Shown piece by piece: positions 11,049 through 23,597 of a stretch of DNA of 64,000 nt. The position numbers and the translations under genes are program-made. Numbering within the stretch: position 1 is the stretch's first letter; the number at the start of each line of letters is the position of its first letter. This DNA comes from Rhizodiscina lignyota (taxonomy: Eukaryota), in contig ML978121.1 in the NCBI GenBank assembly GCA_010015805.1, forward strand, positions 1,860,001 to 1,924,000, in the 5' to 3' direction. The notes beneath the pieces are model-generated. The model made no database searches and was not told where the DNA came from. It saw nothing but the letters and a program-made list of their open reading frames with translations.

Positions 11049-11503
11049 ATGTGGCCGAGATATCTTCCGCAGGGGGACCTCGACGTGTCAGTCAGATACT
11101 GCGGCGCTCAGGACCGCTGCTCGTACTGGTCGCGGAGGCCTAATTCCATCGACACTTAAATAGGAACACTCTGTCGTTCTACCGCATTGTGTCCTTATCA
11201 CGTATGACCCGCCTCGGGGGTTTGAACAGCACCATTTTCCCGCGCTCGAGCGGCGACATACACCTCCTGTCCTCCCCACAATCCTCCCCCATTAACTCAC
11301 GACACCGCCCATCATGTTCTGGCGGTTTGGCGGCTACGCGAACATATCTACGCTCGATACGATCCTTGACAAGCCCGACGTCACGGTCGAGGAACTGCTC
11401 GAGGAATCGGACCTCATCCAGGAGCTCAAGCAGCAGAACGCGAAGCTCATTGAGTTTCTCCGCGGCGACTCCGTGGTCGAGAAGCTACTTCATTATGTCG
11501 TAG
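11049..11503 (+). other. Candidate spliced upstream ORF (125 aa; intron 11087-11163) overlapping the SAPS start in a different frame
   Basis: ATG at 11049; donor GTCAGT at 11087, branch CCTAAT and acceptor TAG at 11163. Splicing joins it in frame to the ORF ending at 11503. Confidence 0.4.
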
Positions 11504-14407
11504 CTCCGAAGACGGAAGAGATTGCGGAGGAGTACAACGACGAAGAGCTCGAGGTGAAGGAGCGCAAAGGCTCCGCCCTGGACACTTTCTTCGGCAAAGC
11601 GCGTTCGCGGTCGCGATCCAAGTCGCTTAGCAAGAATGAAGGTAATGAGGATGAAGAGAGCAAGGAGGAGAAGCAGAGGATGAAGTATGCATATGTGGCA
11701 TGCGAGATTCTGTCCTCCGAAGTCTGGTCGATATCGGAGGCAGTGCTAGAGAATCGCGAAGCGCTACGCAAGTTCTGGGCATATATGAAGCAGCCTGCAC
11801 CGCTAGACCCATTACAAGCGGGATACTTTACAAAAGTCAACGAGAGCTTGCTCGATCGTAAGACGGAAGAGATGCTGGCTATGTTCAAGTCGTTAGACAA
11901 CATTGTCCAAGACATGCTGCAGCACGTTGATTGTCCAATGGTGATGGATTTACTACTCAAGATCATAAGTCTGGAGCGGAGTGAAGGAGGTCAAGGCATT
12001 GTCGACGTAAGTCTTATACATCCAGTATCCTACTCCATGTGCTAAATCGTGACAGTGGCTGGAAATGCAGAATCTCGTCCCAATACTACTATCCTACCTA
12101 TCTCCGGAGCACAACTCGGCAACTCAGACATCGGCTGGCGATTTCCTGAAAGCTATTATAACCATCTCCGCAAATGCGACAACACAAGATCAAAACGTGA
12201 TTGGCCCGAATGAGCTTACGAGACAGCTGGTATCGGAACCTTGCATACAAGTTCTGATAAAGGAGATGCTTAGAGGTGGCAATCCGCTTACCGTTGGCGT
12301 CGGCATCGTGATTGAAGTTATTCGAAAGAACAATTCAGATTACGACTTGGAGAACCAAACTGGTCCTGTGCCTCGATCATCGGACCCTATTTATCTTGGT
12401 ACCTTACTTCGGCAGTTCGCGAAGAGTGTCCCGGACTTTATGCATCTCATTTTGGATCCTGATCATAAGACGATTGACAGTGATGGTAAAGTGGTTCCGA
12501 GAAGACGAGAAATGAAGGCGGCCTCGGGCGAGAAGATTGAACCGCTCGGATTCGACAGATTCAAGACGTGCGAATTGATGGCAGAATTGCTGCATTGCAG
12601 CAACATGGGATTACTCAACGAAAGAGGCGCCGAAGAAGGGGTCAGACAGAGAGATGCTGAACGTGAACACTTAAAAGCCGATGGAAAGCTGCGAGCGCGA
12701 AAGGATGAATCAGAGCATGACCAATCTGGACAGGACTTTGGCACCAGCGTCGATAGTTCTGGTTTCCATCATGCGCGTGCGCCATCAATGTCCGATGAGG
12801 CTCCTGAAGATATCAAACGGCTTGAGGTATCTAACGCAGGTGATGATGAAGATTTCGAGACTGTGGCGCGTTCCGATGCGCTGGCAGACGAAATCAAAGA
12901 CGAGTTGGATGAGGCGCTATTAGGCGAACCCCTCGATCGCTCTCCAAAGATCCAGCCAAACACGACTGTCTCAGAAAAGGACACATCTAACGAGAACTCG
13001 ACACCTCTAGAGAAGCCAGCCGGAGTTAATAGTGAAGCCCCAGCGCATGAGGTGCCTCCGTTGAAGCCTCGAAGACCCGAAGAAACCGTAGGCTCTCCAA
13101 CGTCGAATAACTTGGCTGAGAAGGTCAAAGGCCTCGAAATTCAGAGGGATCCTGAGAACCCTGCGGATGACACATTGCAAAAAGAAGATGAGAACGCACA
13201 GCCCAAGACTCCTACGTCACCTACTTCTAGTAAGTTTTGAGAGTAAAATGAGGTTACTCCCGACATCTCACACATGCCGCAGAGATCACTGCAAGCCCTA
13301 AGGAGCTGTCGCCTCATCCTGAAGACAAGCCTGCCCCGCTGTTTGCAAAGAAGTCTGCCCAAGCAGACGAGGACTCCGATGCGTCTGTAACTGCAGCAAC
13401 GGGAGATTCGGAAACCACCGATCTCACAGAGGCGCCACGGACTGATGAGTCTGAGAGCAATCAGTCTGTGCTTGCTAACAATGAAGAAGCATATAATTCA
13501 ACTTACGTCGTTGACATTGACGGTTCACCAGTAGTAGGTGACCTGCTCAAAATGATGTTCGTCGAGCACCATGTTGTTCCCACGATACTCGTAAGCACTC
13601 TTTCGATGAATATGGATATTGAAACGGACCCTCGTACTCACTATTGATTGTTAGGATTTCTTCTTTCGATTTCCCTGGAACAATTTCTTACATAATGTCG
13701 TCTACGATGTCGTCCAGCAAGTTTTTAACGGCACCATGGAGCGCGGCTACAACCGCCAGCTGGCGATTGATTTGTTCGAAACCGGTCGCATAACGGACCG
13801 CATCATCGAGGGACAAAGGAGGTCTGATGAATCTCAAGCGAAGAACAACACGCGTCTCGGTTACATGGGGCATTTGACTCTCATCGCGGAAGAGGTTGTC
13901 AAGTTCACTGAACGCCATCCCCCGGAGCTCCTTGCGCATTCCGTGCTCGAGAGAGTAATGAGCCAGAGCTGGATCGACTATGTCGAGCATACGTTGACGG
14001 AGACAAGAGAACGGGACAATGCCATCTTAGGAGGTGTAAGGCCAGATATGGCCGGTATGGGACCGCGACAAGCTGTCCTGAATGCCGTCAATGCGGCACA
14101 GGGTGGTTTTGGAGGCGACGCGACAAGTTCCTTGATGAGCGGCGGCGCAGCTGGCAATGGTGGCATGCCGCTCGACAGTATGGAGATTACTAACCAAACC
14201 TCCAGTGGAGGATACCTCTTTGGCAGTGGTGGAGCAGCAGGTAGCGGAGGTGGCTTGCTGAGCGGCTTCAACAACTCGAGCGACGAGGAGGACGACGAGA
14301 TTGAGGACGCCGTCGAGAGGGAGGAAAGGCATGGCGGAGCCGCGGGGCTGACCGACGACGACCAAGTGGGTGAACTCTCTTTTGAGGACGTCGACATGGG
14401 CTATTGA
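11314..14407 (+). CDS. SIT4/PP6 phosphatase-associated protein (SAPS family; Sap190/Ekc1-like); introns 12007-12055, 13230-13282, 13591-13654
   Basis: MFWRFGGYANIS start, LQAGYFTKV, EPLGFDRFKTCELMAELLHCSNM, FFRFPWNNFLHNVVYD and RLGYMGHLTLIAEEVVKF. Confidence 0.93.
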
Positions 14408-14772
14408 CACGATGCCTTTTTCACGAAACGTTGACGTTGTAGGGATTGTACGATGCCGAATGGACAATGTTGTACCCTGTACAAATACGGTCGTTGTAGA
14501 CCTGCTTCCTTTCTACGCTTCTAATGTTGTACATTATACTGCTTTCATTTGTTGGAAAGTAAAAGAAGAGACGGCGTTTCACCCTCTATTTTTCTTCCAT
14601 TATACCTTTTCGTTGCTGTCTTGATGGTCACCTGCCCGTGCTCTTATCATTGTACAGTCTACGCCTTGTATTCGCTCCAACACACTTTCCTTGGAAAGAG
14701 AGGTTCGCGGTCCTACAGCTCCTTACGCCTTTTCCGAAACTACTCACTAACCACTTGTCTCTCTTATGGCAG

Positions 14773-15210
14773 AACCCTGACGAAGACAACTCCAACACAC
14801 CACCCGGTGTCCAGCCTCCACCCTTAAACTTCCCGCCGTCTCGTGCCCGGCGACGCTTCGCGGCACGCCTCGCAGAGCGCCAACGTGCACTTCAGGGTGA
14901 TCATACGATCGATCTCGACGACGCCGAAGGGCACGACCAGGATTCGGATCTACTCCTCCACCACCGGGCTGATGATGACGACGATGAGATGGAGTATCAT
15001 GCTAGGCAAAGTGCTGCAGAGCGTGATGATGAGGATACTGGGGATGAGAAAGACGAGGCGGAGTTTGATAGGTCTGAGGACGCGGAGTACGAGGTGGGTA
15101 TGAGTTCTGGCAAGAGGGGTGAGCATGACGAGTGGGAGAGAGAGCGGCCGACTGTACCAACAAGGTTCAGTGGCTTGCTTGCGAGTGATAGCGATAGCGA
15201 CGAGGAGTAG
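14773..15210 (+). CDS. Probable alternative terminal exon of the SAPS gene (via intron 14366-14772)
   Basis: Phase-0 donor CAA|GTGGGT at 14366, branch ACTAAC near 14746 and acceptor CAG at 14772. The acidic frame NPDEDN...PPSRARRRFAARLAERQR...DSDSDEE continues in frame. Confidence 0.65.
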   Translation, partial: NPDEDNSNTPPGVQPPPLNFPPSRARRRFAARLAERQRALQGDHTIDLDDAEGHDQDSDLLLHHRADDDDDEMEYHARQSAAERDDEDTGDEKDEAEFDRSEDAEYEVGMSSGKRGEHDEWERERPTVPTRFSGLLASDSDSDEE

Positions 15211-18200
15211 GTGTGGTAGAACTTAGGAGGGGCTTGTGTTGGCACTTTCCGACTTGGTTAGACGGTTTGGAGGATGGGATGCCGCATAGTTGCACAGATT
15301 GGGAGTCGACTCTGGTGGGTATTGGGGTTTCTGGTCGCCAGGGAGCGTAAGGCCATAGTTGATACCCGGACCGGAAGCATGGGACTTCTTTGTCTATAGA
15401 CTACATAGCTATGGTTTAATGCATGTTCTTCACAAAAGTGTTACACCGCCACGGCGTTCATGGTGTATCCCCCGCCATGAATAGTTTATCGCGTGTTGTA
15501 TTCCACTTGCAGCCCTTGGGGTTGGTATTTATCTATTGTCCGCATCTTCAACCACGCATGTTCAATGAGCTTGAATCTCATGTTTGGTACTATTCGGGAG
15601 GTTGAGACGAGCGAGTCACGAGGCTCGGAGTCTTGCGTGTAGTAAGGTATGGCCAGTCAGGAGTGGAAGCGTGCGTCGGCTATGAACACTGTTCACTGTG
15701 TTCAATACGTTCATGGGCCAGTCTGATATTGCACTTTCCACCACACCTCCAACAATGTCAGTCAAAGGTCTAGTGCTCCGAGACGCTTGATCGTACGAGA
15801 AGAGGCGGTCATGAAGTCGGTGTGTTGGTGTAGGCTAGTCTAGCTAGTTCCAATTGTCAGCGTCGACCATGAGCATTTTCTCTCAGGTCCAAAGCTGTTC
15901 ATACAGCGGTTTGATGCTTGTCTGCGTTTGTCACCATACGCATTCGATAAGGTGGAACTAGCTATGTAATACATGGACTGTAGGAGAGGAGGGGGTGGAG
16001 AAAGTTCATCGACTCGCATGGTAAAAGGTATGACTTGCAGACACTAGAAGTGTAGCGCGGTCGGGCAATTGGTAGAGGGTAGGCTGTCTCGTCAATGAAA
16101 TGATGGAGCATATCATTGACTTTGTGTTTGTTGCTCCTCCAACGTCGTGGTGAAAGTGTTCCTCTCACATTGTTTGCACGTCGTATGACATCCTGGTGAA
16201 AGTATATGACATTGACTCTCCTCTGGTCTCTTCTCAGCTTGTCAGGTCAGGGAGGAAACTGTTCGAATTCGGGAATACACTTGGATGTACACTGTTGAGC
16301 GGTCAGCACACGTGCATCGCATAGAACACTCGTCTGAGAATCCTCGAGCGTGCGGGCGTACAAAATGAGAATGGCATCTCCCTCAGCCTAACAGCCATCA
16401 GAGCTCTGAGTACCCTGCTACTCGAGGATCAGTGCAAGACCAACTCGAGATACTACGATTGGAAAGAAACTGGTCATTCGGGACAGGCTGAGTGCCACTC
16501 AATGACAACTTGTTGAGTACACAACCACCATCATTGATAGATGTCCCGAGCCTCGTGAGTCGTGCCATGCAGACAGTTATGCAGTTAGACACCGCCGAGT
16601 GTGATATGGAAGTATCGCGTGCTAACAGGTAGCTCAGAAAATCAGTGACGGTATGGTAGGAGAAGTGTAGGCTCGGATCGGTGGCTGACTAGGGTATGTT
16701 AGTGAAAAGGGTGTCTGTTTCTCACTTTGCGTTTACTCCAGCTCCAGTAATATCACTTTGTCTGGCCAGCCGTCGGCATCGAGGTCTCTTCTAGAGTCCG
16801 AACCATCACCGTACTCCCCAATCCGGTCAAGACAGAGTAATTGATGTGATGTTGTGTCCAGATAGCCCGGCTATCGTTATGACTGGAGCGGTCAACTCTT
16901 CCTAGAGTCGGTGGGACTATTGGTGGGTTTCTTGTGGGGATTGGAGCCATGAGAGCTAACTGTCCGAAAAGAGTCAAAGATTAGTACTGGAGCGAGTCTT
17001 GACTGCGTTCGGTCAGCACTTCACTGTGGACTATCGAGCCTGCTGGTGACTTGCATTATGGTACGCTGTCAGTCAATCTGCCAGGGAGAGATCATCAGAC
17101 TGTTGATGTAGTCGTGATCCTGCGAAGTTATGGGAAACACCGAGGACCGTCAACTTCAAGCGCTGGTTTAGTGCTTTTGAAGACTATATTCGAAAGAAAT
17201 CATTAGAAGAGAGCCGAGCGACGGATAGATAATCCGCGGCGCTGCGCGGCCATGCGAAGATGGGAGGGCCGTAGCACAAATTCGAGGGCTGAGTTGATGG
17301 AAGGGATGTAGTCCTGCAGGACCGCCTTTCGAGTAAAGGAAAGCGTTTGTCTAATCTTTCGCCACTATCTTAGACGGCCGGTACCGTTCTGAGAGACAGG
17401 AGTTCGAGGACGGGAGGTACTCCGTAGTTAGGGGCGGTACACGAAAATTCTGGAGTTGTGAGAGGGAAGGAAGGTAAGCTCGATAGGGGCTTTTGATTAG
17501 CTTGTAGTATTGTTTGAGAAACATAGCGGGACAAAGTAGGACAAATAGTGCCCAAGAGTAAAGACTGAAACCGGTGCACCCTATTCGGAAATGAAGCTTA
17601 AGAAGAGGCTTTGCGGACTGTACTCCGTCGTGTACGAGAGCCAGTCTATGGTCCAGCGGCTGCTTGAGGCGACAAGCGACAAGCCGATGACAGCTTACAA
17701 CATTACAAAATAAATCAGGAAAAAGCTTTGATAAAATTCTAGCACGTAAATAGGTAGAAATGAATGCCAGATGTTATACTGCCATCTCTTTTCACGACCA
17801 AATGCTCTTTTGCGATGGACTTGCTGGCGAGGCAAAACTGAAATTACTGAATTTAGAGGCCAACATCAAGAGACCCACTAGTAATCGGTCGACTGGACTT
17901 ACGATCATCGATTATAGATACTAAAGGCATAATGTAATGGCTAGTTCCTCGATATAACTACTCTTAGTGCTTTTGAGGCTCTATATAACTGGGTTACTTG
18001 TTTATAGACCTTTTAAGTAATATCGGGGCAGGGCTTCGCCCAACCCAAATCCTCGATCGTTTGCTTCAAAAACAACGCCACAAAGCCCTAAAAAGAAGAA
18101 AATTAAAATCAATTGTAGTACCTAGAAGAGTAGCACTTCAACTTGTGAAAAGTTTAGAGCGCCCAAGATTTGTCGTTGTCGAGATATTCCAGGTGTCACG

Positions 18201-18857
18201 ATTTTGGAGTGTGCCACCTTTAGGCCTTGCATTACTAGAAGCACCCGCGCCTGAGGTGGTGACTGGTCAGGCCCGGTCACGTGGGAGTGTCTGACGCACT
18301 GAGATTGGCTATAACCCTAATCGTGACCGTTACCGTAATAATGAACCGAAAAGAAAAGCGAGGCAGCTTACGATGCGCCTTATGGTGGCGCTTGCCTTGT
18401 CGATCAGCGCACAAGCATTCAAAGATCACACTGCAAAGTAGAGCGCCCATATGTCCCATTGCATGTCGGATCAGCTCATTGTTCATGCACCTCCGTTCTC
18501 GCAGTGGTCCGGACCTAATGGCCGTTCAGGAGCGCTCTCCAAAAGGGCTGATGGAGCCAAGGTGGGAAGGAACAAATAGCCTCCCGGAAGGTGCGAGTGC
18601 TGGTAGGCCTAAGGGCCGTAAAATGAAAGCTTGACGGGCTAGTTTACAGTAAATTACGTTCCAGCCACTCCCCACCCATGGTCCCTGGACGGAGACAACT
18701 CAGCGTCGTCCTGGGGGATTACCTCAACACTACGTTCGTTGTCGCGAGAGTGGCGCTACCTGTCGCGTCCCATTCATACAGCAGCTGAAAAACTACCCTT
18801 GCCAACTATAAAGTCTCTACGCATTCCTCTTCAATCCTGAACCACCGTCTGGACGCC

Positions 18858-21062
18858 ATGTCCAAAAGATACGCGCCCATCCTTCCTTCGCCCGAAGTGA
18901 ACACAGGATCAGAGCAGGCAGGGAGCGGGTCTGGGTCCAACTCAAACTCAACTCCATCTAGTTCTAATTTATCGAGTACCGTGCCACCACTATCTCGACG
19001 ACGGCAGAAGCGTGAACAAGTTTCAGTCGCTTGCCAGGCTTGTAGAGGATCCAAGCAAAAGGTGTGTATCCTCGAACGTCTCCCCTTGTCTAATGCTCCC
19101 TAATTTGCTAAGAATTCAAGTGTAACGCGGAGAGACCCATTTGCGGACGTTGTCGCGTGAAAGGGATTGAATGCCATTACGACGTCGAGCAAGGCGAGGC
19201 AACGCGCTATGTTGCGCTGAAGCGAAAATACGACGTGGCAGTCTCCGAGAATGAGAGCCTCCGAGAGCTCTTCGAATACCTCAGAAAACGGCCAGAATCC
19301 GAAGCCCGCGAAATCTACACCCGGATCAGAGCGTCTGAAGACGTGCAAGATGTCCTCAAGTCAGTGAGAGACGCCGACTTGCTACTCCAGAACCCTTCAG
19401 AAACAGGCCACAGCCCCCCGGAAGTCATCCGTCTGTTTGAGCAAGTCGACCAGCGAAGTCTCCGGAATAGTGCCCTCAAAGTTCCCGCTCGTCCATGGAC
19501 TGTATCGGCCGGTGACGGACTGGTATCTGAGCTCTTATCGTCGTTCTTCCAGTATGACGATCTGTTCTTTTTGCCCTTCGTGGACAAAGAAGCGTTCGTG
19601 GAGGACATGAGAAAACAGAATCTAAAGGACGCTAAATATTGCTCTCAATTTCTTGTCAACGCAATCTGCGCCTTACGCTCCGTACGTTGCATCGCTAGCC
19701 AGCCGTCAGGATTTCCCAACCGTGAAGTTTTGGACTGACAGCTCATGTAGTGCACTTCACCAATAGCAAAAGCCTTAAGCCATGCAGAGGGGGAGGGCTT
19801 GTGGGAGAGATTTGCGGATGAATCAAAGCGTCACATGGAGCTCGACTTAAGAAACCTGACTTTGCCCGCTGCCCAAGCTCTTTTCATTTCGTTCCTGATT
19901 GCGGCATATAGAGGCAACGACAGAGATGCCGCGATGTACCGATATGCCTGCTGCGCAATGGTCCGTCGTTTGAATCTGGAAAAGAAGTTCGAAATGCTGA
20001 AGGCAGAAAGTCCAACCGAACTCAAGGAGAAGCGCATTATTTCGAGAGCAGCATGGGGCCTATTTCATGCGGAAAGGTAACAAATCCTCAAATCATGAGA
20101 TGGTAACTAATCACATTATTCATTCTAGCTGTTACGCATACATTTACCTCCAGCCGGCATTGATACGGCCACCGAAAATACCTCGAATGTTCGATTCTGA
20201 GAATGTCAGGGAACCGCCTACGCCAGAAACACATGCAGAAGACCAACTTTTGCAAGAGCCTGTGATTGAGGATCCAGGTCATCCCAATCCACCATCCTTG
20301 GTTTCTGGTGCCGTCGACTTCGCTTGCCAATTATCGGAAATGCTGTTCGAAATTATGACATACAATGCCTCCAGCAAGATGGTACTTGGCAGTGGCGATG
20401 ATCTTGAAAAGCGAAAAGAGTTTTACAATAGACTGGAAATTTGGAAGAGCTCACTACCTGCGGATCTGCGAAGCGACGTCAACTTCACCATGCAGACGGC
20501 CCTCCTCGAGAATCACATCAGTGATGTGGTGCTCGCCATTATTCGACCATTGGCTCCCAATGTCGCGTTTCCCGTCGGCCAAAACGGGTTCCAATCCGTG
20601 AAAGATTTGTGCATTGAGCGCTGCACCTTGGATGTGGAGTTGTTGCAGCGTACTATGCGATCATCCGAGTCGAAGGTCTGGATGGGTGAGGGAAATACTG
20701 GAGTCTATAATGCCGCATTCACCCTATTGCCATTCCTGGATGAACCTCGGACACACCAACCATTCACAAAGGCCTGCTTCATGTTGCGCGCTGCTGCAAG
20801 CGACTTCCCGATGTTAAACTCGGTTCTTCAACGCCTCCAGGCCCAAGCCTTGGCATTACAGCGAGACATCCCTCCTTCAGCGCGAATCTGTTTCGAGAAG
20901 CTGCCGAAACCGAAGGAATTGATGGACGGAGCTGTTGGTCTCGCTGTACCGCAACACGAACGTGTCCGCCACATATTGTCCGATAACTCGAATGAAGACA
21001 TCGACATTGGTGGGGAACTCGGTACGCTGATATATGAATGGGCCAGGCTGTCCTTGGATTAG
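18858..21062 (+). CDS. Zn(II)2Cys6 transcription factor with a fungal middle-homology region; introns 19062-19120, 19682-19750, 20077-20128
   Basis: Spliced cluster [30 protein letters not shown]; also VPARPWT, YCSQFLVNAICA and SRAAWGLF, typical of NirA-like C6 factors. Confidence 0.88.
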
Positions 21063-21482
21063 GGCCTGGTGCGTGGTTAACCTCGTCGAGACTCTTCTCA
21101 GCTCTGCTCCAGTCATGCATTGCGCGCGGATAGCGAGTCACGCAAATACTGGTGCGTGGCAGAGGCGCTTGGATAAAGCTACGAGTACAGAGATACGACG
21201 GGAAGCCGTCTTCAAGCACAGCGTAAGGCCTAAAAGCCTCTATCCTTTCAAACGCTAGTATGAGGTCGCGAGGACGACGTCCTCAAGCAAGAACTCTGAA
21301 GGAAAACATATCGGCCGAGCGCGATGTTCAACAATCAGCCAATGCAGGCAGAAGAGCATCCTAGTTGATGAGGCCGCGAACAGCGAGCTGCCATAGCCGC
21401 GCCGAAGATGGCCCTCCCTTGCTGCGAGCGCAATCCATAAAGAAAGGGTATTTGAGCGACTCCTCAGCCACCGTCTAATATT

Positions 21483-23597
21483 TTATTGGTCTCGATGCCG
21501 GAAGGAATCCTGCTTGATCTTCACAAAGGCGTCGGCATTCAGTAGATGCTTGCGAAAGGGAGGTGGGAGGGACCAGTTGGCAAGATTCTTGACATAGTCC
21601 TGCCAATAGCGCGTTAGCAACTTTCCAGCGATTTGAACGCCTCGGGCACATCTTACCTTCGCAATGTCAGTCAAATGGGCATCTCCGGTAATGGGATCAC
21701 GATCCAGTACCTCCTGAGGCGTACCATTCCAAGCGCATGTCAACGTCAAGCTCATTTCCATCAGCCATGCAAGATTGAAATGCAGCTCGTGGTTGGTAAC
21801 TGCATGGTCCCTGAGAGTTGGCCATATGAGGAAATCGAATAATTCCGAGTGAGGTATGAACAATTGATTCGGCGTTGGTCGCAGCCATATGGGTATATCC
21901 TCATAAGTTTCGGTACGAGGGTCAATGAGCCAACGAGCGAGGTACCAGACGAGATACATCAAAGCAAACGCCGTGAAATGAACATCTTTGTGTTTTAGAC
22001 TCCGCACAAAGCGAGCAGCCCATTTCGACAAGAGTTGCGCCCCTACAAAGTCATCAACATTCAACATGGCCGCCATGTTTGGATGACCACCGATGACCTC
22101 GTCAAGCGAGGATCCAGAACTTATAAGCTGTTTAACTTGTTGGCGAAGTTCAGTGACGGGAGTGGTATCCCAAGGAACGCCGGTGACCAAGTTAGCTGGC
22201 ATGACCGCCCAGATCGGTATCTCTACGGAATTGTGAAACTGCGGCAGCGGCAAATGATCGCTTGTATAGCCGCTCAATCTGAGGTGTGATGTGATATTTG
22301 CCGACGAGGCCAGTGTGGAAGGGTCGCTGGCCAATCCAGTCCGCCCAGAGTCAGCGGATCCTATACCGAAGGGGTTTTTGAACTCTAAAACTTCCTCCGA
22401 AGTCATGGAAGGGCTCGATGTGGCGCTCGAAGGTTCTGGATGAATCGAAGTCAAGACTGTCGAGGTCGCAACGCTACTCTTGCGGCGTTTTTGGCCCAGC
22501 CACTGAGTCCGATCGAAAAGGGGGATCAGAAAAGAGTCGATATTTCCTCGTTCAGGAGCTTCAGTGATGCCCTTGGCCTCAGTACCATCACTCAACGTCC
22601 CGTCAGTCTCTTTCTGATGATCTACTGTATTGGTGGTGTAACTACTGCTTTTACGTTAGAATACGCGACAACGGGAGGGAACAATGATGGGCGATGATTG
22701 GGGACAAGGCAAAGGGCCTATGTGCGCTTTGGCATTTCGTAGTGAGTGTATCACTCTCTGTGAAAGCCTCTGTGACGTTCTTTCTGGACCAGCACGATAT
22801 AAAAAGGGTGGTTGTTCGGGTCAGTCTCACCTTACACCGCCTACTTGCTCTGCCATCCCAATGGTACTAGCCGCTGAAGTTGGCGTGTCTGGGTCAGAAG
22901 ACATGCTGCCAATAACCTCTGGCACAGAGTGGCCGACTCGAAGACGAGAAAGGGCAGCCGATGCCTCAAAGTCTGTTCCCTGAGCAAGAATGTCCACGAA
23001 CAGCTCCAGAACGTCGACATGCTTGGATAGTTCCTGCACCTGTGTCTTGAGGTTTTGATTTCGAGAGATACCCGCCGGCACGCTGTATGAGCATTCGACA
23101 TTGCGGCTGGTGCATGACTGGCATGAGGGTCTGAAACCGTCACACTGCGACCGAATCAATCGAAAGAAACGGTGATGGGGTGCCCGCAAAATTCGAGAAC
23201 TCACCTTTATTCTTCTCTTCTGGCACCGATCACAGGCACTAGAGACTTGCTCTCGCCTCCGCTTCTGCCCACGAGAGATTGTTGATGACTGGGTTCCCCG
23301 GAAGGTCTTGTTGTCGAGCTCCCAAGTTTTCTCGCAAGGCGTCGACGCGCTTTGGCCCTGCGCAAGGGCAGCGGCCCCGGAAAGGAGAGAATTACGTGGT
23401 AATAGAGCTCGGCGTCCTGGATGATTGTAGCCTGGCTTCCGATCCGAAACGACATGGCCCGACATGATGGAGAGCAGTGGCTTTCGAAGACTTTGCTGAG
23501 AACCATTTGTGAAAGGCTGGCTGTACGACGGGTGGCCTTCCGTTCCAGTGCTTCCGTCGGAGTGAACTCCTAGAGTCCTTGCGTCCAATATACTCAT
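21483..23597 (-). CDS. Zn(II)2Cys6 transcription factor with a DUF3425-like C-terminus; introns about 23204-23145, 22830-22645, 21656-21600; start codon uncertain
   Basis: Spliced cluster CDRCQKRRIKCDGFRPSCQSCTSRNVECSY; C-terminal PIWLRPTPNQLFIPHSELFDFLIWPTLRD and LANWSL. Confidence 0.78.

Noticed and set aside
18312..18320. TAACCCTAA, identical to a filamentous-fungal telomerase RNA template
   Set aside because: A 9-mer is expected about 0.5 times by chance in this window, and only ~540 nt separate it from the next CDS, too short for a ~1.5-2 kb TER.
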